NCBI GenBank assembly: GCA_051362555.1
Contig: CM120641.1
Span: forward strand, 28,092,401 to 28,156,400
Length of the DNA: 64,000 bases
Direction: 5' to 3'
Source: Lingula anatina
Lineage: Eukaryota; Animalia; Brachiopoda
Part shown: positions 46,601-58,372 of the stretch, in pieces
Layout: each line of letters starts with the position of its first letter
Numbering within the stretch: the first letter of the stretch is position 1
The notes under the pieces: model-generated
Databases searched by the model: none
What the model was told of the DNA's origin: nothing
Seen by the model: the letters and a program-made list of their open reading frames with translations, nothing else
Translations under genes and position numbers: made by a program

Positions 46601-49600
46601 ATATTTTCAAGGTACCTTAAAAGATAATAACTCCAGCAGCAAAGCAATGGGTGATCCTATAACAAAAGATGTTTCCAACATCAAAGAAAGGAAACTTGTT
46701 CAACCCAACTCTCATAAATCCACATTAAAAAAGCAGTTGACCACTCCATGTCACAGAAAAACAGATGTCACATTTGAAATAGATAGTGGAAAGGGCTCAT
46801 CAGTTGGTTTCCAGCTAAAAGATGCATTGCCAACTTCTCTGAAGAAAGAAACTCAAAATCAGCAAAGTTTAAAGCCATCATCTATCAGTTGTGTGCTTAC
46901 TGAAAAACCTTGGCATTCAGACTCACAAAAGTATAACATGTGTAGCTCAAAAGACATGTCACTCAACAAAGGGTTGAAACATATCCCAAGAAATTTTCAG
47001 ACATTGTCTGGGAGTAGTAAGAAAAGGCACGCCCAGTCTTGGAAAGTGTCTAGAACCAGATTAGAATCTTATTTCCAAACATGTAGTAAGACACCATGTT
47101 ACACCAAGTCAAAAGACATTGTCAAATCTACATTATCAGACAATAAGATATCAACTAAGGAAGGTCATCTGAGTGGAATTCGGATGCAGAAGAGGCTCAA
47201 CGCTAAACAAAGAATTAGTCAACAGAATAATCTTCATCCACCAGAGGTATCACCACCTAAGAAACCAAGGAATATGTCTCCTTGTCCTTTGAAATCAAAA
47301 TTTGACTATGCTAATACTGGTGCCATGGTCAACAATAAACGAAGAATTATTCAGCAGAACAGATTTCTATCACAAGAGATGACACCACCTAAGAAACTGA
47401 GAAAATTATCTGATTCTTGTCCTTGTGAACTAAACTGTTACCAACTTACAGCTGAACCCAAGGCTGGTACCAAAGTCAAGTTGGATTCTTGCAGAGGTTT
47501 GAGCACATGCAATGGTTCTCAATCAGAGGGAAAAATGCAGAATTCAAGCAAGTTAAAAAGTTCTCAGCAGGTAGATCCCAATATTTAAAAGATATATTTG
47601 ATTTGAGGCAGTTATACAGTGCATGTTGCAACTAGAATTATCACTATTATGTACTCTTAATGTTAACAAGTGCATTTATTAGTATTTAATTTTTTTTTAC
47701 TGCAGAGAAAAAGATTAATTTAGTTCTAGACTTTACTACTAAATGCAGCAGTTGTCCAATTTCGATTGAAAATTTTATTGCACCAGAGGTAAATCCAAAA
47801 CATGACTAAGATTTTACAGAAAGAATATCCTGAAGAACTTTAAAATATTTCTAGGTCCAGTTTATTGATCTGACAGCAGAGAGCCAACCAAATGACCTCT
47901 CCCCTGCTCTAAAATGTGGGGGAAGATCACAATTATCTGATCAAAGAACAGAGGTAAAATGACATTAATATTTTGAATAAGGTTGTTAATATAAGTTGGT
48001 TTGTTTTATAGTTCTTTGCTGTAGAAATACAAGAGACATACGAAAATTAATTCACAATTGTTTCACCGATAAGCATCATCACAATATTTAGATGGAGTGG
48101 AGATAAAGTAAGTCCTAGGGCAAGAGTAAGTTAATCAAGATGTTCATAAATTAGCATTAATTTCTTCTTTACAAGAATGAACACTGACGGAGTACATGTA
48201 TACTACTTACATTGTATGATGGAATTTGATGTTATCTACCTACAATAACATTTTACAAATTTTAATGAACAGGCATTAGCTTAATGAATGACATTTATTT
48301 AAATCAGTATTTCCACCCCTAATTTCCAGAATGTTGCCATGACAGTCCAGAGTTCAGGAGGCACCTTTAACATAGCACCAAAACGCAGGGGCAGGCCTAT
48401 ATCATCAAAGAATGTGAAGAAGGTGAAACGACAAGACTAAATACCATTTCCAATTATTTAAATGTTAAATAGTTGATTGATAGGTATTTGATCAAATTGT
48501 ATTGTTTTTAGGTAAAGGTTTTTTTTTACATATTGGGTGGCTAAAAAAACTTAACTAATTTCAAAGTTCAATAACTTCAACACTTCCCTAATTTTTTAAT
48601 TGAAATTTTGCACATATTTTGATACATCGTTAAAGGCCAACCCTGAAAATTTCTAGTGTTAAAGTGATACAGTTTTGATATTATCAAATAAAATCAAATC
48701 AAAATGCCATGACAGAGAAAATGACTGTTGAGTCTACCTGAATTTTACTTATATGATCAATTCAGTCTCCTTTTTGCTGTCAGACTTCCCGTATCCACCT
48801 CTATTATGACATTATGCACTTCCTTATCTCCCCTAGTACTGAGTATAAATGTTCTTGGTTAGCAAGCCAATAATAAGGTTGCCAAGTCCAGTTCTTTTCA
48901 GGAAATTCTTTGACAATCCTGTTGCTATTCCATCCTTTTTCTATAACAAAGGCATCAATAATTGCCTTGTTGCTATCATTAAAAACCATTGTAGTATTGG
49001 TCTCTCACTTATAAATATCTAACTGCCTTGCATCAACACAAAAATCATGTCTGAACACCTGCAGTAGCAGACATCTGCATTTACCAGGTGTCAAAACTGC
49101 CAGATAGTAGCACCTGTCAGAAGTCACATAGGCCAGCATGGGATTTTTTGACTTAAGATTGTAATTTTTAGGTGTGCCAAAACAAAAAAGGTGGTATCAT
49201 GAAGTTTTCAGAATTTATTAATAGCATTTTCCTTCAATATCTAAATGTTTTAACATTTAATTAAAATTACAGTATCTTCAGAAATGTTGAAGTTATTGAA
49301 CTTTGGAATTAGTAACATTTTTAAGCAGTCCAGTATAGTTTTTTTTTCTATAAATTCTTTTTATTTTAGGCAAACAGAAATAGTATTAATACAGTCACTG
49401 TGTAGTATTACTTTCATGGTCTAGGAATACAAAGCAGCCAAATTACAAACCATGATAATTATAGTTTGTTCATCTCTTTGGTGCCATGTACTTGCAGGAG
49501 TGTTGCATTTTTGAATGGAACCAGAGGAGACAAATTTTTTTTATCTTGTTTAACAAAAAAAAAAAAAAAAAATCCACATGGTCACACTAATATTTTAGGA

Positions 49601-52384
49601 AGGTGATTAGCTAGATGAGTAATACTTACATAAGTCCTTTTTCAAAATTCTAGAGTGTTGAAAAGACAGTTCAGACTTCAGACAACTTTGATGAAGCACC
49701 AAAACGCAGGGGAAGGCCTGTATCATCAAAGAAAAGCAGAAAGGTGAAACAGTGAGGCTAAATACCATTTTCTGTTCTTAAAATGTGTCATATTTGTTTG
49801 ATAGGCAATTGATTAACTGCAGTGTTTTAAGGCACGTTTTTTACACATTGGTGAAATGTTTGAGGGTCCCCCCCCCAATGAAATCTAAGTATTTTTGGCA
49901 AACATATATGTGATAAGTGGTATAAATAAGGCTATTTGTGGGGTCTAAAAGTAAAGATGCAGGCAAATTGATCAGATTACAAACTTATTTAGGTATAGAA
50001 ATTTATCATTTAGGCAGTGTGTGCTTGAGTGTTGCATTTTGGATTGAAAACTGAGACGACATAAAATAACTTTTTGTTAACTTGTTTTAATATGTTATCA
50101 CACTAATGTTTTTAGTCAGGTGACTTGAGCTGAATGAATGATTTTTTCTTAGTGTATTTTTTCAAATTTCCAGAATGTTGACATGATAGTTCAGAGTTCA
50201 GGAAACACTTTTAACAAAACACCAAAGCGCAGAGAAAGGCCTACATCATCACAGACTGTGAAAAAGGTAATTAGTTGGACAAAATTACAGTTTCCAAATT
50301 GATAAGATTACAATCTTATTTAGGTATAGAAATTTATCATTTAGGCGGTGTGTACTTGAGTGTTGCATTTTGGATTGAAAACTGAGACGACACAAAATAA
50401 CTTTTTGTTAACTTGTTTTAACATGTTATCACACTAATGTTTTTAGTTAGGTGACTTGAACTGAATGAATGATTTTTTTTCTTTAGTAAGTGTATTTTTT
50501 CAAATTTCCAGAATGTTGAGATGACAGTTCAGAGTTCAGGAAACACTTTGGACAAAGCACCAAAGCGTAGGGGAAGGCCTACGTCATCAAAGTCTGTGAA
50601 AAAGGTGAAACAGTTAGATAAAATTACAGTTTCTGTTATTTAAATATTTAAATGTTGAAAGGTATATTTTAGGCAGATTTTAGTTTCTCAACCCTAACCT
50701 AAAGACAAGATTTAAATGATGAACATTTAGAACAAATAATAGTAATGTTTTCTGACATTATATCCCATATTTGCTTCAGCTAGTCAAACCTGGAGTTACT
50801 GGCTGCACAAATTAAGAAAAGGGTCATTTTGTTGTCAAAATTGACAATAAAACCTACTTTGTGCACTGTCACCACAAACGTTTTGAAAAGAAAACTGTGT
50901 AACTTATTATTGTTTTAACTTACAAGAATATTTCTTAGGATTGACATACAGTTGTACATTTGACAGCTTTGCTGCCTTGTTTAATAAAAATTCAATGTTA
51001 TTGCAAGGGCAGATTGAGACTGTCTTCTGGGTCTACCGGAAGACGGTCAGATTTTAAAGTTTACATTGACGGGTATCTATTTTTTTCTGTTGGAAGACCA
51101 TCAAAATGGAGGATGGATCAACAAAGATAACTTGGAATACTGTCAGAAAATATCTCTGGATCCGCTCCTGTTATTGACCATGTTAGCTGTTTTGCAGATT
51201 AAAATTCATTGTTGATTGACTGTGCTATTATAAGCTTTATTTATTATTGCATTAAAATGACCTGTTTTCTACATCTTTATTGTCTGTTTTTTGTCTGTAC
51301 ATTTGACAGCTTTGCTGCCTTGTTCATTTACCCTTTTCTGAATTACATCTTTTTATGTCCTCTGTTCACTACTATGGCTTCTGGTCTTTTGTTGTTGAAA
51401 CCTGTTTCTCTTTTTTTTTTTTTTTTTGTTGCATTTGTGTCATGTTCTGCCAGCACTTTGGCACCTACTCTGCGCCTGTTTTTCTTATTAATATGTTTTT
51501 ATAGCACTTGTTTCCTGTAAATTTTTTTTAATGTACTGTTTCTGTTAAATTATGTTAATTATTAATTTTTTAACCAGGCTAAAAAAGATGATGAAGAGGC
51601 TGAATACAAGGAACCACTTTTCAAACAAAGAAAGAATTGGACTCAATCAAGTATTCGTAGGTCTGGCAGACAAAGGATTCCTACAAAGCATTATCAGGTG
51701 GAAGTAACTGAGAAGAAAAAAAGAAGATGCAGAAAACACTCAAATAGAAATGCATCTTCATGCAGCTGTACAATGCAACAAACGGTGAATTGTGGGAAGA
51801 CACCACATGTGAACCTGTTTGATCTTGCAAAGGTCAGTGGAACTAGGTATTTTTTAGGTTCACTAGAAAACATTTTTTCCAACATTTATTTTGTTGTTGT
51901 TGTTTATATGCCATTGAGTGTGTTTTCACTACCAAGTTGAGCCAAGGCCTAACTGAAGAGCTAATTGCAGGATCTAATTGTTTTGTATCAATGATAAATT
52001 TATCTTTTGCAGTTTTTCAAAAGTGTCGAAGGAAGAACAGTGCTGGGTCAAGTTTTGCAAGAAAAATGTCATGTCCCCAACAAGACCAGTGATACAAAGA
52101 CGCATGCCAGGTGTGAGAAAGAAAAGTTGGTCAATCAGAAATGTTTAACTGTTACTGCAATCATTGAGCAGGGATTGGGCAGAGGTACCAGGCATGAGTT
52201 ATGTGACAGCAGACCTCTTGATACAGCTCAGTTGCCATATTGGGATGGAGAAAATGTTTTCCTTCTTTCTGAAGTTGAGGTCAAAGAAAAATCAGAGGCT
52301 TCATGTCCCAGCAATAATTCTGATTCAGCTTGTAAACTAGAAATAGCTGATGTCTTCAGTCTGAAAGATACTGCACTTGGATGA
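40699..52384 (+). CDS. TASOR/TEX15-like DUF3715 (pseudo-PARP) protein with AT-hook repeats
   Basis: In-phase exons 40699-40723, 40971-41103, 41316-41455, 41687-41793, 42225-42362, 43218-47570, 47855-47953, 48330-48422, 49654-49743, 50174-50266, 50512-50604, 51578-51832, 52013-52384. N-terminus has YNPHLLQQFRKKQMEL..ETYGY..NGL..VLGSSRYGVHLSMHPD..LIMFKLVLGK..PPAVGFDSHVS..SQVYIYEY..RPRHCVPHAAI, the motif order I recall for DUF3715. Confidence 0.8.
42381..42539. mobile_element. Second copy of the CAG-ended 5-bp-TSD element
   Basis: Close match to 4213-4374; flanked by ATATA. Confidence 0.8.
43940..44990 (+). repeat. Four ~95-105-aa coding tandem repeats in the giant exon
   Basis: PKDEHFSTTKEHV / PKDEQSSTKKEYV / PKDEQSSTKKEFV / PNDEHSLTIKENV at ~43950, 44255, 44570, 44850; the first three are followed by PDKHVT. 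Confidence 0.85.
48533..49333 (-). mobile_element. Internally deleted Tc1/mariner element
   Basis: TA-flanked inverted ends (actaatttcaaagttcaataacttcaaca / tgttgaagttattgaactttggaattagt); remnant MVFNDSNKAIIDAFVIEKGWNSNRIVKEFPEKNW resembles a mariner transposase N-terminal HTH. Confidence 0.75.
49975..50630 (+). repeat. Recent tandem duplication (~338 bp) of intron plus AT-hook exon
   Basis: cttatttaggtatagaaatttatcatttaggc at ~49984 and ~50314; exons at 50174 and 50512. Confidence 0.9.
50953..50982 (+). mobile_element. Solo 3' terminus of HINE family 2 (further copies ~51293-51325 and ~56580-56612)
   Basis: tgtacatttgacagctttgctgccttgttt is the reverse complement of 4491-4520. Confidence 0.7.
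51004..51170. mobile_element. Short element with 6-bp TSD (hAT6-like)
   Basis: Ends caagggcagat / atccgctcctg, flanked by TTATTG on both sides. Confidence 0.55.
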
Positions 52385-52588
52385 AGATGAAATGGCATGG
52401 CAGAGGATTTCCAGTGTTGGGAAATTTATGGATGTATTTTTATAATAGCTTTTCAAACACTCCAGAAATTAAAATATCGTGAACTTTTTTACTTAGTTAT
52501 TCTTTTGTCTTTGTCACAATGTCAGGTTGCTTTTGTTCGTTGTATTGAACATTTAATTTTTATGCAAATTTACCATTTTGGTGGCTTA

Positions 52589-53210
52589 GTTATTGTACCA
52601 CCATCGTAGTCTGTTTTTTTTTTCATACAGTTTATGAGTTGCACTATATCAAAGAGCACAGTATCACAATATTCAGTAGTGAAAATAAAATGTGAAATAG
52701 CAAGGATACGTCCATAGTTACTATTGAGCTTCAATAGGAAGTCGTGCATATACTGGCAGTCTAACTGTGACCTTGAAATTGACCTTTGACCTACTTTTCA
52801 CCATAAACTGAACTTTGCAAATTTTCAGTCCCTTATATTATCCAAGACTGGCACAGATATGCCCATAGATCTCAATGAAAACTGATTGGTATCTTTGGGC
52901 ATATCTGTGCCAGTCTGGTATATCAAGAGTCTTCATGTGACCTTGAACGTTGACTTTTGGCCTACTTTTCACCATGAACCGTACTTCACAAATTTGGATT
53001 TGACCTTTTACTTTTCCACATGTTATAAATTTGTTATAAATTGTAATTTTCAACAAAAAATTGAGAAGGCTTGTTAACTGCTTTTTGAAAAGCTTGTCAA
53101 GCACAACATTGGAGGTGGTGCCCCTTTTATTTTGTTTTCTATACGAATGCGCTCTCTCCAGCTGGTGGTACAATACTGGGAGGCAGTATCACCTCTCTAA
53201 TCCTCTAGTT
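52589..53210 (+). mobile_element. Short diverged HINE family 1 copy in the 3' region of the DUF3715 gene
   Basis: attgtaccacca at 52591, ~2 reverse-complement satellite monomers (52715-53010), 3' end gctggtggtacaat..gaggcagtatcacctc..ctctagtt. Confidence 0.75.
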
Positions 53211-53965
53211 CTTTTTTTTAATTTGCCATTAAGTTGACTTTAATTGGAGACATATCAACGTAAAAAGAATCTCTGGTCTTTTAACATAACGTGAGATCAC
53301 CCAGCAAAGGAAATGATGAAAAATGACCAGCCTTTGTTATAGCGTAAGTGCTGTGAAGCAATCAGTTGTAAAATGTTATGTTTTGATTTTTTTTATCCAA
53401 ACCTCAGTCATTCCCTGGCAGGGATTTCCAGCCATACACCTTAAGATATTCTACTGTTCTTGTACATTTTTATTCAACATGTCTAATATCAATTATGGCA
53501 GGTAATTTTCATGCATTCATACCTCCTCCATTCCCATGATTAAAAAGTTGTATGGGTTCAATGATATTTGGCCAATTGATGCCACTTTTATTTTTGCTTA
53601 ACTTGTATGATTTTATTTTCAATTTTTGCATTAGTAATTGACCAGTTAATCCAAATGGTATTCATTGACAAGAAAACTTCAAGAATCCATGGTAATCATT
53701 TGCACATAATGAGCTTTTTTTTTTTTTTTTTTGGGGGGGGGGGAGCAGAAATGCAAACTGAGTAATAAAAAATAATTTGAAAGGCAAACAGAGATTGTTT
53801 ATTTTCTGTGCACTGTTCTTATCCTTTTGTTTTGTGTGCTTTTTTTGTTAAAATTATGATAGGACGCATGTGGTTAGGTATAGAGTAAACGACTGCCTTT
53901 TGATTTTGCTCATTGGGCAGATAATATTCGGTTAATAGAGCACAAGTTAGAACAGCTTATTAGAA

Positions 53966-54320
53966 CGTGTACCACTGGCATGTACGCTGGGGTACTCATG
54001 GTTTTAGTCTCGTGCGGAATTTTCTGCAAAAAAGTATTTGTGCCAATTTTCCAAAGTACACAGACTTTAGCTCTCATATTATAGCGAGGGGTTTCAATAA
54101 GGGACTCCTTTCATCTTTAGGAGTTTGGGGTCATTCGGTGCATTTTCACAGGAGAAGCAGCCATAAGATGCCCAAACTGAAACTAATTATTGAACTGTAC
54201 GTGCTAGAGATCTTTCTTGCATTTTGTCGAGCTTGTCAAGCCTAGTACTGGTGATGTCAGTTTTTTTTTTTTTTTTTTTCATACCAGTTTAGAAGTTGTG
54301 CTATATCGAAAAGTACAGAC
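53966..54320 (+). mobile_element. HINE family 1 internal fragment
   Basis: ggggtcattcggtgcattttcac..gccataagat matches the reverse complement of ~15575-15625. Confidence 0.65.
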
Positions 54321-54589
54321 TTATATGGAGTTTTTCAATTTCAAAGGTATCCCTAGGTAAAAATGCTTCCTTTTTTCATAAAACTCGAATCTCATGTAAG
54401 ACGTGAATGGAGAAGTGTAAAGACAGGTGTGTCGCTACCAATTATCTGACTTAAATGTCTGTTGCACCGCTGCTTTGTGTAATATGCAGTGATTTAATTG
54501 TGTAGTGCTCCTACAAAAAACAACCAGTCCATTCAGAATTAGGGGCAAATTGCCACTTGTATGCATTTTCATGTAACCGGCTTATTAAT

Positions 54590-54716
54590 GTCTCACCTAA
54601 CGAATCAGCTAGGGGATAAAGATAATTACCCCCCAACAGCTTTAATAGGGGTAAGTTGACAGCAATTTAGTGAGACTGCCCAGGGAGATCGATCCAAATA
54701 TCTGTGGGAATGGTCT
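54590..54716. mobile_element. Partial MITE family A copy
   Basis: taattacccccc..acagctt..tagtgagact..gatcgatc..gggaatgg. Confidence 0.55.
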
Positions 54717-56794
54717 CTAACTGTGACTTTGAAATTGTTATTTGAAAAATGAAAAGTACAGCCAATACATATCAGAATCGTCAATAGGAGTGCTAACGCA
54801 TGAATTTTTGTGCTATCCTGGTCTCTGTGCTTCATGTGCTTAAGTAAATATAATGGAAACAGAAGATGTAAAATTTCTCACAAACGTGGATATACAAATG
54901 TTGGTAATCAACATGGTGCATTGCAGTAATATTATATTAAGTATTTATGTGCACAATTATGCCGTGCAATATAAATGTTACCATGCCACATGCGATTGGT
55001 GAGTCGATTAAGAATTCGGGAAAAAGAATATTGCTGATTAATATTTTTGACATTATGCCGAGTGTTAAAATAGGCTCAAATTATGATTAGCCCATTTAGG
55101 CCGATGCTTTGTAAAATTAAACCTTTTTTACCAGCCCAGTGCTGCTTAAGTTGGGCAGTTGCCATGGGCTAGTGCTTTACGACTCAGACTGTATACCTTT
55201 TTTATCTCTTATCAATTCTAACTTCTGTCAGTGACCTTTATCTTTTACACTTGGTAAAATTAGGTTACAGACACACTCACTCTCCCCATAAAACTTATGG
55301 TAATGTGCAATAAATTTCAAAGAGTAGGTAAACTTCGAACAATCTTAAAATCAGTTGTCTGAAGGTTTTTTTGGAGCATGAAACTCAACCAGTAACATTT
55401 TTTCACAATTTTGATTTCATGTATTTCGATAAGTCGGCCATCAGGCTATTTTTGGGTTCATAAAAATCTAACAGTCAGCAATGTTGCCCTAGCATACCTT
55501 TACCTGAGCGCTGTCTGTGTGGCCAAAGGTGCAAGATAATGGTCAGTACAGTTGGCTTGGGCTGGGAAACAATAAATGTCATTGAGAGACCATTAAAGGA
55601 TTATGCGTCCTTCATGTAGGTCCGCCATATTTAGGTTTCGGCCTTACTAGACCTCAGCTCTTCTCGATGTGAATGCTTTCTTAATTCCTATGCACCGTAA
55701 ACACCCATTGGCAGTCATCTTCTTCTGTGGTGGAGCTTACTTGGTCATGGTAGATGTTCAGTGCAGGCCGTCTCTCTAGAATCCAGAATCATTTTTGAAA
55801 AACAACGCTAGTTGCAGGTTGCCAAATTGGTTAAAACAATGACACTAGTATCTGGTTACCAAGATTGTTTTTGAAAACAGGCACTAGTTTCTGGTTGCCA
55901 GTTTCATTTTTGAAAAACAAACCTGGAAACAAAACACTAGATACTTACTTCAGAGCTCCAATTATCTCAGAGTGCTCAGGCAAAGTACCTCAGCGCAGCT
56001 CTGTTATCTTAGAAACCGTATTTTTTATTTTAATTTTTTAATTCACTAAGTGGCTTTGTTTGGTAAAAAGGCAGGTTGCTTTCAAAAATCAATGTAATTG
56101 CTTTACATTCAAGGTGATTATTATTTTTTATTTATTTTATTTTATTTATTATTATTATTTTATTTATTTTATTATTTATTTATTTATTATTATTATTATT
56201 TTTTTTTTTTTTTTTTTTGCACAATTTTGGGTATGTTCACCCCATAACTGCCAAAACGTATTTTGGCTTTACACTAAATTTACTCATTGGCTTTGTATGG
56301 TAAAGCGGCAGGTTGCTTTCGAAAATCAGCATTATCAGTGTACACCTACAGTAATTATTCTGCTTTTTTTGTGTGTGAAATTTTTATTTTTTACATTGGC
56401 ATTTTCAGTGACTTTAATATTGCATGGAATTGAATCACCTGCTAGTTTTTCAATATCCATGTTACCTAGCTGTAGCACATAATGTAAGAGGGTAAGAGTG
56501 ATTATGCTATTTTAAAGCATTATGTAATAGTACATCAAAATTGGCCAAAACATTGCTATGTGTACTATTTCCTTCATAATGTCTGAACATTTGAAAGCTT
56601 TACTGCCTTGTTTGCTGTATGATGTCTGTATGTTTGTCAGCTTAGCTGTCTAGTTTTAGTTAATTTCTTCTGAATGGAAGTCATGGGGCATTACCGTATA
56701 ATAGATAAAGTTGTTTCAATATAAAGCTGTGAACTTTTAAAGATTATGCACTGTTTGATAAGATTTGTCTCACTTAAGCAGGACAACTTTTAAA

Positions 56795-58372
56795 ATGCTT
56801 GCATTTTATTTACTGTGGTTGCCTATTTTGGCAAATGTTTCTGAGGGTGCAAAGATATTAGTTTTTCCACTTACCCACATATTCAATTCAAGAACATTCA
56901 ATATGGAAAAGATTGCAATCTTGCTGCGAGACCATGGGCACGAGATTACCATGTTGGTTGCAGACCATTATAAACCAAAGCATGACCTAGGTGATGTGAA
57001 ATTGATCAGATTTCACATTGATGATACAGAATTTAACAAAGGTGGTGTGATGGATCTTCAGACTGCTTTTGACATCATTGAACGTGACCCAGTTATTGTT
57101 CTAAAAGAATTGGACGACCTTGATTACTTACTGTGCCATACACTGTTCAGTGATAACGATATTTTGATGCAGTTCAGAAACTCAAACTTTTCCCTTTTTT
57201 TATTTGATCCTTTAAATATAGCAGCAGGTACTCTTCTTAATGAGTATTTGAAAGTGCCATCAGTTGGTTACTGGAATCAAGGCTTTTGGAACCTCTGGTA
57301 TGTTTTTCATCAACCAATGTTTTATTCATTCATGCCTAACATTCCTTCTGGACTCTCTGACCATATGAACTTTTGGGAACGGTTGCACAATTATGAAGTG
57401 GACCAAAGTATTCGAAGCTGGCTCGAGGATAAGATGGACTATATAGAAGGCCTAAGACTTAAGTACCTTCCAAAGGAAAATATCCCACACATGAAGCATG
57501 CATTTGAGAGGGTCTCTCTTATGATTGCTGCAAATGCCCATTTTGCCTTAGATTATCCCAGACCAGTCATGCCCCATGTGAAACCTATCTCTGGACTCCT
57601 CTGGACACCAGCAAAACCTCTGCCCAAGTTTTTCAATGACATTGTTACAGATGCTACTCATGGGGTTATTCTACTAAGCTTTGGAACTATTGTCCCACAT
57701 TTGGAGGAGGAAAAGGCAGAAATGTTTGCCAGAGTTTTTGCTAAGCTTTCCCAGAAAGTAATTTGGCGCCATGATGGAAAAGCTCCAAAGTCACTAGGCA
57801 GCAACACATATCTGGTAAAGTGGTTTCCACAGAATGATCTTCTTGACCACCCAGCCACGAAACTGTTCATCACCCACTGTGGAGTAAGCAGCATGTGGGA
57901 GACACTGTACCATGCAGTGCCCGTGGTGGCCATTCCTCTCTTTTGGGATCAGCCCCAAAATGCCAGAAAATTGACAGACCGTGTTAAAGTTGGGGTGTCC
58001 CTTGATTATCTAACACTTACTGAAACTAACTTAGAAAATGCCATTGGAAAGGTCTTGAATGAAAAATCCTACAAAGAAAATGCAGAGAAAATTTCAACAA
58101 TTTTGCAAGACACTCCTATGTCCGGACAGGAAGAATTCTTATTCTGGCTCAACTACACCATGCGTCACAATGGACCTCTTCACTTTCATTCCCAAGCAGC
58201 TTATAGTCTAAACTGGTATCAGTATTTTCTACTGGATGTCATTGCTTACAAAGTGGCAGTGAGTTGTTTGGCCATTTCTGCTTATATTCTTCTTGCGGTA
58301 GTTTTGTGGAAACTTATGAAAACCATACTGAAATATTTCACTAGTAAAAATGTAAAATCAAAAGCAGCCTAA
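56795..58372 (+). CDS. UDP-glucuronosyl/glycosyltransferase (GT1), intronless CDS
   Basis: Signal peptide, AKILVFP start, WFPQNDLLDHPATKLFITHCG..PLFWDQ signature, LNWYQYFLLDV, C-terminal TM helix and KSKAA dilysine ER-retrieval motif. Confidence 0.96.
   Translation: MLAFYLLWLPILANVSEGAKILVFPLTHIFNSRTFNMEKIAILLRDHGHEITMLVADHYKPKHDLGDVKLIRFHIDDTEFNKGGVMDLQTAFDIIERDPVIVLKELDDLDYLLCHTLFSDNDILMQFRNSNFSLFLFDPLNIAAGTLLNEYLKVPSVGYWNQGFWNLWYVFHQPMFYSFMPNIPSGLSDHMNFWERLHNYEVDQSIRSWLEDKMDYIEGLRLKYLPKENIPHMKHAFERVSLMIAANAHFALDYPRPVMPHVKPISGLLWTPAKPLPKFFNDIVTDATHGVILLSFGTIVPHLEEEKAEMFARVFAKLSQKVIWRHDGKAPKSLGSNTYLVKWFPQNDLLDHPATKLFITHCGVSSMWETLYHAVPVVAIPLFWDQPQNARKLTDRVKVGVSLDYLTLTETNLENAIGKVLNEKSYKENAEKISTILQDTPMSGQEEFLFWLNYTMRHNGPLHFHSQAAYSLNWYQYFLLDVIAYKVAVSCLAISAYILLAVVLWKLMKTILKYFTSKNVKSKAA

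Noticed and set aside
43146-47588. 1480-aa ORF as a standalone gene
   Set aside because: It begins at a TTG upstream of a strong acceptor (43217) and continues the DUF3715-like domain from upstream exons; it is an internal exon.
55480-56345. Short repeats, a hairpin near 55951-56005 and a duplicated ggcaggttgcttt segment
   Set aside because: Probably another decayed repeat, but termini could not be defined.
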